Origin: Candidatus Wolfebacteria bacterium
GTDB lineage: Bacteria > Patescibacteriota > Minisyncoccia > Phycocordibacterales > NVSU01
DNA length: 64,000 nucleotides
Assembly: GCA_002401345.1 (NCBI GenBank)
Contig: NVSU01000001.1
Span: forward strand, 68,476 to 132,475
Reading direction: 5' to 3'
Below are positions 28,821-39,261 of this stretch, piece after piece. The notes below the pieces were generated by a model that was not told where the DNA came from, did not search any database, and worked only from the letters and a program-made list of their open reading frames with translations. The translations under genes and the position numbers were made by a program. Each line of letters opens with the position of its first letter. Position 1 is the stretch's first letter.

Positions 28821-30415
28821 GTTTTTATAAATGGTCGATAATGATAAAAATATTTCTTCACTTCATTTGTAAGTGAATTCTTGAACGTATATCCTTTATA
28901 TGTGCCCCAATACTGCATATATCGAAATGAAGGTATTTCCCAGATGTGCTTCAACTTTCTTTCAAATACTAGAGCTCGACAATAATCCAATGCTGTATTG
29001 AATGTAAATAACAATAAAAAATCAAGGAAAGAAAAATTCGTTTCAGGGAAAATTCTTTTTAATGCAATTGCTTCACGTTTATATCGAATAAACACCCTCT
29101 CCCAGCTCTCTTCATGAATATGAAAAATACCAGCACTGATTGTGTAATAAATAGTATGTCCGCGCTTTTGCATTTTTTCTGCCCATGCAAGATCTTCTAG
29201 GCCTGTAAGCTCCTCATCGTACGGAAGTTCTTCCCAAAGCGATCGCCTGATAGCAGTATTCGCATTATTACAAAATGGAATATCTGTTTGCATGCAAGAT
29301 GATTCGGGAAACATCTTTTTTAAAAGCTGATGTTCTGAGAATTTTGTGACATGGTTGCCACGCTGTTTTCCATATACTGCAGCAATACGCGCATCTTCAA
29401 AAGGCTCGATTATCTCATCGAGCCATGAATCATTCATGGGGTAACAATGTGCCGAGAGAAGCACCACATACTCACCTCCTGCTACTTCAATTCCCTTGTT
29501 AAGCGAATAGCCAAATGAAAAATCTTCTGGCTTTATATGCACAATCTTTACTGGGTACTCTTGAACAATGCCAAGTGTCTTATCAGTAGATCCTGAATCA
29601 ACAATAATAACTTCAAAGTGCCTATTGGTGTTTTGTGAAAAGACACACTCCAGCACTCCACCTATATGGTGTCCTTCGTTAAAAGTACGAATTATAATCG
29701 ACACAATAGGATATTGTGAGGTGCATAAAGGATTCTTAGGTGAAAAAGAAATATGTTTTAATGATTCCGCAATAATAAACTCATCCTCCGTATCAATGTC
29801 GATAGATTCCCGCTTGTCCACTTCAAATAAGAATGGGGTTATACCGATTCTTTTTTTGTCATTATTGTAAAACGACTCTTTGCTGAATATAAAAATATTT
29901 GAATTTTCTTCATACAAAGGAGATAGGTCTTGTGTGCGTATTAGTTCTTGGGGATTATGATTAAGTGCACCACCATGTTCATCATATATTCGCGACTGTA
30001 GTCTTGTCACAGAGAAAAGTGAGTCATGTATATCACTTGAGCTAAAAAACTTCTCTATTGCCTCATCTATTGTTTTTGTTGTTAATAATGGATTAGTGGA
30101 ATGTGTCTGTAAAAAATATTCATCATCTGATTTGGACACATCGTATGCAATGATAGTATTCATTGAAACAAAGTCCCCACAAAGTTCATTGGGGCGATTA
30201 ATAATTTTCACCTTTTTAAATAATTTCGGCGCGTCAGTACTAATAACATCACTATCTGTATTAATACGTATTTCTTTTATGTAGCTACTTTTTGAAAGTG
30301 TCTCAAGAATATGATGATAGAGTGGTCTACCCGAAAAATTCCGAATATTTTTATTCGGCACGCGCTCGCTATGCGCTTTCATTGGGAGCAGGGCTGTAAT
30401 TGATATTTTTTTCAT
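28817..30415 (-). CDS. Acylneuraminate cytidylyltransferase-like domain fused to a GT2
   Basis: PMKAHSERVPNKN, THSTNPLL, DIDTEDEF, then IIIRTFNE, VDSGSTD, SAHC, EDLAWA. Confidence 0.88.
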   Translation of the reverse strand: MKKISITALLPMKAHSERVPNKNIRNFSGRPLYHHILETLSKSSYIKEIRINTDSDVISTDAPKLFKKVKIINRPNELCGDFVSMNTIIAYDVSKSDDEYFLQTHSTNPLLTTKTIDEAIEKFFSSSDIHDSLFSVTRLQSRIYDEHGGALNHNPQELIRTQDLSPLYEENSNIFIFSKESFYNNDKKRIGITPFLFEVDKRESIDIDTEDEFIIAESLKHISFSPKNPLCTSQYPIVSIIIRTFNEGHHIGGVLECVFSQNTNRHFEVIIVDSGSTDKTLGIVQEYPVKIVHIKPEDFSFGYSLNKGIEVAGGEYVVLLSAHCYPMNDSWLDEIIEPFEDARIAAVYGKQRGNHVTKFSEHQLLKKMFPESSCMQTDIPFCNNANTAIRRSLWEELPYDEELTGLEDLAWAEKMQKRGHTIYYTISAGIFHIHEESWERVFIRYKREAIALKRIFPETNFSFLDFLLLFTFNTALDYCRALVFERKLKHIWEIPSFRYMQYWGTYKGYTFKNSLTNEVKKYFYHYRPFIKT

Positions 30416-30481
30416 AAAAATTCCACATTTCACTATTCTTAAAAACGTTAGAATAGTGTGAATTTCTGCTCTTTTGGCAAC

Positions 30482-30556
30482 AAAAAAAGCCGCAATTGCA
30501 AAAAAATCACAATTACGACGCATGTACATTCTATCAATTCAAACTCATAAATGCAA
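30482..30556 (-). promoter_or_regulatory. Promoter plus leader attenuator motif copy 4
   Basis: TTGCAT-17-TAGAAT-6nt-GCGTCGTAATTGTGATTTTTTTGCAATTGCGGCTTTTTTT. Confidence 0.85.
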
Positions 30557-30691
30557 AATTTAGTCTAATAACTCATAAAAAATGGTATTTTTAGAAAATC
30601 CTCGCATAGTAAAAAATATTGATCCTGTTATGTAAAATAACCAGAGGATGGGCTCCTGCTTTGTGCACAAATTCACTTTATGTATCATTAC

Positions 30692-31762
30692 TTAATTCTC
30701 ATAGTTCTTTACGTTCAGAAAATCCCTAAGCAGGGACCATTTCTTTTGGATTTTCCAGCCTAAAACTAATGCTTTGATTTTATAGTAATTTATTTGCGCG
30801 TTGAAAGTAATTTGCTTTGTATTATATTCATTTTTTTGAATATCATCATATATTGTTCGAGCAAATTCATAATACTTGTTCGAGACTTTTTTTATTTTAA
30901 ACTGAGGAAGCGCATTTTGATACTCCTTATAACTATTAGCAATTTTCTCTATTTTATCTAAGACATCGTTGGTTCCTTCAAAAAATTCTCCACCACTTCC
31001 AATCAATTCCGGGTTACTGCTTGAATTGGGCACTACAGCTGGCAACCCACATGAGAGTGCCTCTATAAGCGAATTAGAACATGCCTCAATTCGACTTCCA
31101 AAAATAAATATATCGCTTTCTTTCAGTAACCCCACGAGATCTTCCGAGGACACCGGGGGAATATGTTTAATGTTCTTGAGATGAATAGGAGAATTTCCTA
31201 TAAATGTCATTTCATATTTTGAAAAATCTAGATACTCATCTAAATACTGAAAAATATCGAAGCCCTTGCCCCAGTTATCAGACCAGCTCGAGGCCACGAG
31301 TTTTATTTTTCCGTAGTGTGAAAATGCTCTTTTATTTTTCCTGTTAAATATCTTCTTACTAGATGCATTCAAAAGTACCGTGTTATATGCTGATGTGATA
31401 TTCCACTGGTTCCTGCATTGCTCCATGCACCACTTAGATTGAAAAATTATTCCGTCTACAAAGGACTCATTGAACAGCTTTATAATTCTATCAATTACTG
31501 TGTCATCCTTTCGATACATTGCAATTGGTCCTGTGAGTCGATGAAGAATGATCTTCTCTGGATATTTCTTTTTAAGGTCACGTACCTGGTCAAAAAAAAA
31601 TTCTGATCCAAATGGATAGCTATTAAACAACACTACATCTGCATCTTCCGAATTTTCAGCGTATCTATCTCGCTTTTTGAATTCATCCTTAAGTGCCTTT
31701 AGAAACTGATTAGCACCTCCCCATGAACCCTCCTTAAATTTGTACATAATATGTAGTTTCAT
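30692..31762 (-). CDS. Glycosyltransferase family 4
   Basis: WGGANQF, EACSNSLIEALSCGLP. Confidence 0.9.
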   Translation of the reverse strand: MKLHIMYKFKEGSWGGANQFLKALKDEFKKRDRYAENSEDADVVLFNSYPFGSEFFFDQVRDLKKKYPEKIILHRLTGPIAMYRKDDTVIDRIIKLFNESFVDGIIFQSKWCMEQCRNQWNITSAYNTVLLNASSKKIFNRKNKRAFSHYGKIKLVASSWSDNWGKGFDIFQYLDEYLDFSKYEMTFIGNSPIHLKNIKHIPPVSSEDLVGLLKESDIFIFGSRIEACSNSLIEALSCGLPAVVPNSSSNPELIGSGGEFFEGTNDVLDKIEKIANSYKEYQNALPQFKIKKVSNKYYEFARTIYDDIQKNEYNTKQITFNAQINYYKIKALVLGWKIQKKWSLLRDFLNVKNYEN

Positions 31763-32622
31763 CGTTTTCTCACCATTGCTGGTGTTATTTTTGATGTTGC
31801 ATATTTCAACGCACTATCAAAATCAATGTATGGATAGATTTGAAGTATAGTTTCCTTCTTTTCCAATCTAAAACAGCCAATATTTTTTTCGTCAGCAATT
31901 TTCTTAGCAATAGATGCACATATGAGTGTCATTTCTTTTTCCGGAAACTCCAACGTGGTTCCATTAATAGTCTGATACATTCGCTTCTTATCATAAAAAT
32001 GTCCAGTAGATTGCATGTGATCAACACCGGAAAAAAATAGCGTCCTAATTCCTAGAAACCCACACAAAGGTAGAAATGAATTCTCAACGTTACCTCCACC
32101 AAGCACACGAATCGGCTCTATCCCATATGACATATATGATGAATCGATAGTATCTACATTCATAGGAGCCTCAATTTCCCTATACAGTACACATGTTGCC
32201 TCCGGGTGTTTTTTCAAGAATTTTTTTACTATAGCAGAACTAAAGTGCACCGATGAATCCGAATCATTAGCAGGAACAAGTATAAATGTTTCAGAAAAAT
32301 CGAGTGGTGTCTGTACTTCTTCTTTTAGTACAACCTTTAATGTCGGACCATAGTGAACGAACCACAAATTTGGCATAAATCCATATTTTCTAAAAAAATG
32401 TACGGGGCCATTGTGAACACTCAAAAGATTATATTCTTTGAGTCTCGAAACATCTTTGAGGTTTGCAACACTTCCACCATTACCAAACATAAATACTTTT
32501 GAGTTTTTAAAATATGGAATGAGTTCTGAAATAAAAAACAATTTACCCTCTTTACGCATTTTACTCAATCCCCTTTGACTAAAGAGGTTCAGTTTTTCAA
32601 GTATTTTATTTAGCAAATACAT
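31759..32622 (-). CDS. Hypothetical glycan-modifying protein (MAF/DUF115-like)
   Basis: VFMFGNGGSV and FLGIRTLFFSGVDH resemble the GNGPS...GxD pattern. Confidence 0.55.
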   Translation of the reverse strand: MYLLNKILEKLNLFSQRGLSKMRKEGKLFFISELIPYFKNSKVFMFGNGGSVANLKDVSRLKEYNLLSVHNGPVHFFRKYGFMPNLWFVHYGPTLKVVLKEEVQTPLDFSETFILVPANDSDSSVHFSSAIVKKFLKKHPEATCVLYREIEAPMNVDTIDSSYMSYGIEPIRVLGGGNVENSFLPLCGFLGIRTLFFSGVDHMQSTGHFYDKKRMYQTINGTTLEFPEKEMTLICASIAKKIADEKNIGCFRLEKKETILQIYPYIDFDSALKYATSKITPAMVRKR

Positions 32623-33355
32623 AATTGTACACTGAATCACTTTTTACAAATTTAGATGGATTGGAAGTTTTGGAAATTACAGAAAACCCAATAGATCTAA
32701 GAAAATTAATACACTCCACATCATGAGGAAATTTTTCATTTAACTCTGCCATAAGTGAACAACATTTATTATTCCTAAGTATTTCTTGAGCACCTTTTAT
32801 TATTGCTGCTTCATGACCATCTACATCTAACTTAATATGAGTTGGTATATTGATGTTAAAATCCTTCACAAACTCATCAATGCTATATCCTAAGACAAAT
32901 TGTGTATGCGTTGGCGTAAATGTATTTCCAACAAAATCAACAGCCTCACCGAATGTATGAAGGGATGATCCGAATTCTAAATCTTGATAATTGAATGTAT
33001 TTATATTTTTTTTCGATGTTATTGCAACATTGAGAGCCACCGTATTGTGTTGGCTGTGATTTAATAAAATATTTTTATTAAGTTGATGAAAATTAGGCCA
33101 GTTCGGTTCATATGCATATACCATTCCTTTATCTCCAACCAACTTTGACATAATAAGAGTGTAGGCTCCGACATTAGCACCAATATCAAAAACTGTATCT
33201 CCTGGCTTTATATATTCTTCCATCCACCTCACTGTCTCTGGCTCTTTTTTACATGAAAAAGCCCTACTTTCACGTTCTATGTGTGAATCACCATGGAGTA
33301 AAATCTTCTGTGGTATATAGTCTAACTGAATAATATTTTCTTCTTTTTTTTTCAT
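32606..33355 (-). CDS. FkbM-family methyltransferase
   Basis: KEPETVRW, DIGANVG, YEPN, IKLDVDGHE. Confidence 0.92.
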   Translation of the reverse strand: MKKKEENIIQLDYIPQKILLHGDSHIERESRAFSCKKEPETVRWMEEYIKPGDTVFDIGANVGAYTLIMSKLVGDKGMVYAYEPNWPNFHQLNKNILLNHSQHNTVALNVAITSKKNINTFNYQDLEFGSSLHTFGEAVDFVGNTFTPTHTQFVLGYSIDEFVKDFNINIPTHIKLDVDGHEAAIIKGAQEILRNNKCCSLMAELNEKFPHDVECINFLRSIGFSVISKTSNPSKFVKSDSVYNYVFAK

Positions 33356-34155
33356 GACCCATAACAACAATAAATAGCAAAATTATGTTTTGATGGAATA
33401 GATTTAATACAATATTCATAGAGATCTTTACTGGTTACACTTTTCCAAGGTTCAACGCGTCCTCTGTGTGCTCCACGATGATTGGAGCACAATTCAATGC
33501 TGTAATTTTCATCTTCAAGAAAATTACACAATTCATCTATATTATCCTTCTCCACATTAAGGAGATAAAAGGGGTGTATTTCAATCAGTAAGTGTGGTTT
33601 AAATTTTTTTATGCTCTCACGCATGCCTTTTAATATCTTTAACTCAGCACCCTCCACATCAATCTTTACCACATCGACAGTTTCAATATTTTCTTTTTTT
33701 ATAAAAGAATCAATCGTAATTACACCCTTGCTTTCATGATCCGATAAAAAAGTCTCTATAAAATTCACCTTATTATCAAAGATGATTCTATTGTTTTTTT
33801 TAAAGACTCTTCCTCGACACTCACTGCCATCAAATGCGTAAATATTCTGTGGAGAGTCATTTAATTGCGAGGCAAAAAAAGAAAAATAACCTTCGGCACC
33901 TCCAATGTCAAAAATAATATCATCTGACTTTATTATCTCTATCGCTTTGTCCATCATAAGTGGTTCATAGCAACCATAGTGTTTAATTGATTCATGGAAA
34001 TCTCCCTGCATACCCAACATGTCAAAAGAATGCCCTTTATAGGAAATATGCATGGGAGAATATGCCTTTGAGAAAACTTCATCTTTAAAATAATAAAGAG
34101 AATCAAGCAATCCGAATCTTTTTAATATATTTTTTGTATTTTGCCCTATTTTCAT
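33352..34155 (-). CDS. FkbM-family methyltransferase
   Basis: YEP, DIGGAEG, VKIDVEGAE, EIHP. Confidence 0.9.
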   Translation of the reverse strand: MKIGQNTKNILKRFGLLDSLYYFKDEVFSKAYSPMHISYKGHSFDMLGMQGDFHESIKHYGCYEPLMMDKAIEIIKSDDIIFDIGGAEGYFSFFASQLNDSPQNIYAFDGSECRGRVFKKNNRIIFDNKVNFIETFLSDHESKGVITIDSFIKKENIETVDVVKIDVEGAELKILKGMRESIKKFKPHLLIEIHPFYLLNVEKDNIDELCNFLEDENYSIELCSNHRGAHRGRVEPWKSVTSKDLYEYCIKSIPSKHNFAIYCCYGS

Positions 34156-34168
34156 ATGTATGCATGTA

Positions 34169-35140
34169 TTAAGAGATTTTTAATTTTCTAGATACCAGAA
34201 AGAGCAGTCGATCAAATGCATTTCTTATAAAGTGAAATATGTACAGAACCGAGTTTTCCTGTAGTGTCCTTTTATTCATATATGCCGGAATCCTTATGTT
34301 AAAGAAATCAGCACGATAGTTTGTGTGTAGCGTTTTATTCATATATTCTATCGCCTCTTTGTATTGTGTTAAAAAATAAATATACATCTCCCATGAATCT
34401 TTTTTTGTCCTGTATCTGGAGAAGTTCATTCCCTTAATCAGCACATCTTGCCATACTCCCTTGTAATGAATAATGTGTGTATCAAAACTGATTGAAGTGG
34501 AATTGGTTTCATTGAGCATACGACACGGAATACCTTTAAAGCATGTATCGTTACCGAGGAGAAAAATGTTATATTGATCATTTTCTTTTTGATACTTCAA
34601 CATATTAAACAAGGACATCTGGTCGGCTGCACCATATGGAAGTGATGTATTATTTGCCTGCGCAAATAATATTTCATCATTTATAATTTCCATCGTTTTT
34701 TGCTTCCAAGAAGTAAAAAAGTTGATCCCTTTATTACTTCCGTCTGACAAGAGTACTCCTGTGTTAAGTGGATAATGTTCATCCTTATATGTAAATCCGA
34801 TATTGAAATATAGCTCATCAAAGAAATGTGTTATATCTTTTGTAATCAAGATATCCACATCAAGAAAACAAAGATTTTCTCCGGCATATTGTTTAGCAGC
34901 ATGTTCCCAAAGAATGGTTTTACTTGCTATTCGTTTTGCCTTATTTTTACCAAAATTATAATTTGTTTTTATAAAATCAAATTCAGAAAAGATTTTTTTT
35001 ATTGGATTAATTTTTTCTTCATCAATACTCTCCCACAGCACGGCCACTTGTGCGGTGGGAGCATTTTTCTTGATTGAATACAAAAGCGCAAGCAAAAAGC
35101 CTGTGTAGTTATTTCCAAATGTAGCTATAATGAATCGCAT
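34169..35140 (-). CDS. GT-A glycosyltransferase (GT8/GT77-like)
   Basis: LLYSIKKN, FLDVDIL, NTGV, DQ, IIHYKG. Confidence 0.75.
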   Translation of the reverse strand: MRFIIATFGNNYTGFLLALLYSIKKNAPTAQVAVLWESIDEEKINPIKKIFSEFDFIKTNYNFGKNKAKRIASKTILWEHAAKQYAGENLCFLDVDILITKDITHFFDELYFNIGFTYKDEHYPLNTGVLLSDGSNKGINFFTSWKQKTMEIINDEILFAQANNTSLPYGAADQMSLFNMLKYQKENDQYNIFLLGNDTCFKGIPCRMLNETNSTSISFDTHIIHYKGVWQDVLIKGMNFSRYRTKKDSWEMYIYFLTQYKEAIEYMNKTLHTNYRADFFNIRIPAYMNKRTLQENSVLYIFHFIRNAFDRLLFLVSRKLKIS

Positions 35141-35148
35141 ATAAAATT

Positions 35149-35264
35149 AAAAAGCGCCGTAATTGTGACCCCTAAAATTCCTAGAGGTGACGATCTTCAC
35201 ACACTTACTCCACCAACAAATGGGAAGAAATAGTCAAGAAAATCTATCACAATTACGACGCTTT
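35149..35264 (-). promoter_or_regulatory. Leader motif copy 5 (18-bp stem enclosing a 78-nt structured insert)
   Basis: AAAGCGTCGTAATTGTGA (35264-35247) pairs with TCACAATTACGGCGCTTT (35168-35151); TGgTATAAT at 35292-35284. Confidence 0.8.
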
Positions 35265-35391
35265 ATATAAAATTTTCATTACTATTATACCAAGTAATGT
35301 ATGTGCAACAAACTAATCATATACATGTCACTTATTTTTAGTCTCACAAAAGTAGTGGAATAAAAGACTAAACTATATGTATATGAATATA

Positions 35392-36510
35392 TTATTGTAT
35401 TATTTTGCTAAATTCTTGATTAAAAAAGTCTAATGAATGATGTGTGTGTACCATACTAAAACTTTTTTGTCCCATTTCTGACAAATAATTACGATCTTTT
35501 ATTATTAATTCGATTTTTTGCGCTAAATCTTTATAATTTTTATTTTTAAATATATATCCATTCTCCCCCTCTTTTATATAGCATTTCGTTCCGCAGTCAT
35601 CACTACAGATTACAGGCAGCTGTGCTGCCATTGCCTCCACAAGAGAATATGCAGCTGGTTCATCATAGCTCGGCAATATAAATAGATCATTTTTTTTGTA
35701 TTCATCTAAACTCTCCTTATAATCAAGATTAAATTTTATCTGCACAAACTCATTCAAATACTCTGCCCTTATAAAATCATATACACCCCTCAAGTACGCC
35801 GCATCAGCCCGTTCACCAACAAGCGTCAATTCTATATTGTACTTATTTTTTAGTCGACTTATGGCCCTAAGGAGTGTTATGTGATCTTTTCTTGGAACAA
35901 ATTTGCCAATAGATAAAATACGTATCGTATTTTCAGAGACATAAGACTTTTTAAAATCTTTAGTGTCTATAACAAATGGAATATGAGATACATTTCTCAC
36001 ACCTGAATTTTTTAGTATGTGTTCTCCTTCTTTTGTGGGAGAAACGAAATATACCACACCTAAATAAGAAAGTAGTTTTAAATAACGCCTGAATAAGGAT
36101 TCTGAATTAAACAAAGTATTCTTTCGCAGTTGAATTAACATGATAACTTTTTTCTTAAATTTCTTCGCGTAATAAAGGGATAGTAATTCAGATAGACTCT
36201 GAAAGTCTTTTAAAAGAATAACATCAGGGTTTATTTCTTTTATATGATATGTGAGTTTTCTAATATTGGGAATGGAAAATTTTAATTCCCAAAAACTTTT
36301 TAAGTGTGTCTTCTTGAAAAGATTGATAATTCTATTTAAAAACACAGTGCACCACGAATAACCTATTATTTTCGGTTCAACCACGTCATGACATTCGGAA
36401 TTTCCCTTATAAAAGGAGATTAAAGAAACTTCATGCCCTGCACTCTGAAGTGCCCTTACTCGATAATACAAATTTGTGTGGAACCGTGGAGTTATGATGA
36501 GAATTTTCAT
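35392..36510 (-). CDS. Glycosyltransferase family 4
   Basis: IGKFVPRKD, EPAAYSLVEAMAAQLP. Confidence 0.92.
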   Translation of the reverse strand: MKILIITPRFHTNLYYRVRALQSAGHEVSLISFYKGNSECHDVVEPKIIGYSWCTVFLNRIINLFKKTHLKSFWELKFSIPNIRKLTYHIKEINPDVILLKDFQSLSELLSLYYAKKFKKKVIMLIQLRKNTLFNSESLFRRYLKLLSYLGVVYFVSPTKEGEHILKNSGVRNVSHIPFVIDTKDFKKSYVSENTIRILSIGKFVPRKDHITLLRAISRLKNKYNIELTLVGERADAAYLRGVYDFIRAEYLNEFVQIKFNLDYKESLDEYKKNDLFILPSYDEPAAYSLVEAMAAQLPVICSDDCGTKCYIKEGENGYIFKNKNYKDLAQKIELIIKDRNYLSEMGQKSFSMVHTHHSLDFFNQEFSKIIQ

Positions 36511-36512
36511 GA

Positions 36513-37610
36513 CTAGTAGGTAATATTTTTAATAACTTCCTCAAATTTTTCAATGTTCTTTTTTATGTCGTGATTTTCTTTTGCATAGACGTAAGCATTA
36601 TCAGAATAATACGAATAAAGCCTGAAATCATTCATTAGAATATCTACATATGTATTTAATTTATTCATGTCTCCATTGGCACAAAATCCACATTCATACA
36701 CATCCAGAAAATTGTCTGGATTTGAGTTCAGAGACACAATTGGTGTATTATATTTTGCAGCTTGAATAAATGTATTTGGAAAACCCTCAAAGTCTGAGGT
36801 ATTTACTATAATGAGCGACTTTTTAAAATAGGTATCAATTTCATTAAATGGAACGTGTGGAATAAATTGTATATTTTTTATTTTACGTGATCTTTTTACA
36901 AGATTTTCATACCGAACACTGTCATCGGCTAACTGGCAAATAATAACAAACTTTTTATCAGGGTTCTTCTCAGCTACATATAAAAATGCTTCGGGATTTT
37001 TTATTTCATGACATCTACCAACCCAAAGTACATATTTTTTTTCGAAATTATGCTTATTATCAATGTGATAACTTGATTTTATTATTATAGAGTCTCGATT
37101 AAAATATTTCTTCAATTTTCTCTTTTGAAAATCTGATTGACATATTATCGAATGTGCTTTTTTTAATCCAAAGGCATATAAAAAACCTTCTGTAGTACCT
37201 AATATAGATTTATATCCACCATCAACATCTATATCACTGGCACACATATATATAAATTTCTTTCCAAAGATAGTTGCATACAGAGACACAATACCTATTC
37301 CGGCATTAGCGGAACGACAAACCACTACATCTGGGTTTATTTTATGGAGATTAATTATTAACTTAATAGCATCAAAAATCTTTGCCATAAAATTTTTAGA
37401 CGGGGTAATTCCCCTATACACTGAAATATTCTCGTATGTTTCCTTTTTATTTTGATTATAATCCCCCACAAGAAAAGATATGTTAAAATTTTGCCTTCTG
37501 GATAACTCACGCCCAATCAAATACATTTGAACCTCCGATCCACCAAATAGTTTCTTGCAATTTGTATTAAAAATCGGATATACGGCTGTTTGTACAAAAC
37601 AAATATTCAT
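36513..37610 (-). CDS. Glycosyltransferase family 4
   Basis: GGSEVQ, WVGR, EGFPNTFIQA. Confidence 0.92.
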   Translation of the reverse strand: MNICFVQTAVYPIFNTNCKKLFGGSEVQMYLIGRELSRRQNFNISFLVGDYNQNKKETYENISVYRGITPSKNFMAKIFDAIKLIINLHKINPDVVVCRSANAGIGIVSLYATIFGKKFIYMCASDIDVDGGYKSILGTTEGFLYAFGLKKAHSIICQSDFQKRKLKKYFNRDSIIIKSSYHIDNKHNFEKKYVLWVGRCHEIKNPEAFLYVAEKNPDKKFVIICQLADDSVRYENLVKRSRKIKNIQFIPHVPFNEIDTYFKKSLIIVNTSDFEGFPNTFIQAAKYNTPIVSLNSNPDNFLDVYECGFCANGDMNKLNTYVDILMNDFRLYSYYSDNAYVYAKENHDIKKNIEKFEEVIKNITY

Positions 37611-37747
37611 CCTGTAGTGAAAAATGACATCACTCCTTCAGAAGCATATACGTCATTATTTTTTAATTGCTTATAATTTCGACTTGTATGGTACATATTA
37701 AAGTTTAGTTTTTCCTTAGTGTCATTTTCTACTACGGGATTTATACA

Positions 37748-38458
37748 CTATTCCTTTTTTATTATTAATAAATAATTGGATGGAAAAACTTTTTTATTTC
37801 TAGAAATTCTATCAAGGAACAGTAATATATATTGAATAATGAAGTTTAATCCATATACTACCCATTTTAGTATGGGTATATTCCAAAATAGCCCCATTGA
37901 AAAAATTGCACCTACACTTCCCAAAAAACCAAAAAAACCTCCAACTTCTTTTAATACCAAAATTTCAAAATTATTTTCATCAGAAAACTTTTTTAAAGAA
38001 TATCTTGTATATCTAAAATAATCATACGGTTCATTGTGTATATACATTAAAAAGGGAACAGAAATTATAGCAATGCCACCTTTTTTCAAAATTCTATTTA
38101 TTTCATGAAATGACTCCAAGGGATCTGGTATATGTTCAAATACCTGAGAAGAAAAAACTATATCAAATCTCTCATTTTCTAGATTCGTACGTGACGTTGT
38201 TCCTATGTAATCTAAATCTTTATGTGTTTTTTTAAAATCCAAACTAAAATAATTATCCGTATAGTTTTTAAGAAAATTCTTATAAAAAAGCCTGCCCGCG
38301 CCTAAATCTAAGACTACCGAATCTTTTTTAATATATTTAGAAAAATATTTCTTATATTCTCTAATTAATTCGATGTGATGAGACACTGAATTAAAATAGA
38401 TCTGTGATCCACCATATGTATTTGAAAATTTATTCCAATTTTTTTTTATATATTTCAT
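37748..38458 (-). CDS. Class I SAM-dependent methyltransferase
   Basis: VLDLGAG, QVFEHIPDP, HNEPYDYFRYT. Confidence 0.9.
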   Translation of the reverse strand: MKYIKKNWNKFSNTYGGSQIYFNSVSHHIELIREYKKYFSKYIKKDSVVLDLGAGRLFYKNFLKNYTDNYFSLDFKKTHKDLDYIGTTSRTNLENERFDIVFSSQVFEHIPDPLESFHEINRILKKGGIAIISVPFLMYIHNEPYDYFRYTRYSLKKFSDENNFEILVLKEVGGFFGFLGSVGAIFSMGLFWNIPILKWVVYGLNFIIQYILLFLDRISRNKKVFPSNYLLIIKKE

Positions 38459-38484
38459 ATCAATACAAACTACTACACTTTCTA

Positions 38485-39252
38485 CTACATGTAACTATTC
38501 TTTGTAAACACAAACTCATTACAACCTGTCATACCCTGAGTTTTTATAAATCTTTCTAATGTGAAACCATTATTTTCAAAAAAACTAACAATTTCTTTCT
38601 CGCTCGCATATTCATATGGATACCCACCTATCCAATCTATGACATCATAATAAAAATTCATTCCCCTTCTCTTTTTAAGAGGATTTTTAAATGTCGATAA
38701 GAATTTTGCAATGTAGATGATCACATAAAAAAAATAAATCATTATTTTTTTAAAAAATTTAGGCGACAGGTTGTATAGACGTTTTATTAACTTCCACAAT
38801 GGAGATGTCCAGTGTTTGTTATAAATAGCAATAACAAAGGTTCCATCATTTGTAACTAATTTCATGACGTTTTTTATTGCGCCGTACATGTTTCCTGTGT
38901 GATGAAGCACTCCCCATGAATACACAATGTCAAATGTTCCAAATTGAGTATATCCTTCCTCCAAAATTGATTGTCTATAAAACTCAATATCCTTTACTCC
39001 AATTTTTTGAGCATTCGCTCGTGCTGCATCAACACTCTCAGGTGATATATCAAATCCAATTACTTTTTTTGCGCCCAGATCTTTTGCTGCAAGAGAAAAA
39101 AGTCCACTACCAGAGCCGACATCCAAAAATGTCTTATTTCGAATATTTGTTTCTCCAATCAACTCTCTCAGTGAGTCTTTTGCATCTACAAATCTCTTCG
39201 AATCTAACGCATTCTCTGAAAATTTTTGCCAATTTTTACCAAAGTTAAACAT
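38485..39252 (-). CDS. Class I SAM-dependent methyltransferase
   Basis: FNFGKNW, LDVGSGSG, YSWGVLHHTG, DWIGGYPYE. Confidence 0.9.
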   Translation of the reverse strand: MFNFGKNWQKFSENALDSKRFVDAKDSLRELIGETNIRNKTFLDVGSGSGLFSLAAKDLGAKKVIGFDISPESVDAARANAQKIGVKDIEFYRQSILEEGYTQFGTFDIVYSWGVLHHTGNMYGAIKNVMKLVTNDGTFVIAIYNKHWTSPLWKLIKRLYNLSPKFFKKIMIYFFYVIIYIAKFLSTFKNPLKKRRGMNFYYDVIDWIGGYPYEYASEKEIVSFFENNGFTLERFIKTQGMTGCNEFVFTKNSYM

Positions 39253-39261
39253 GATAGATAT

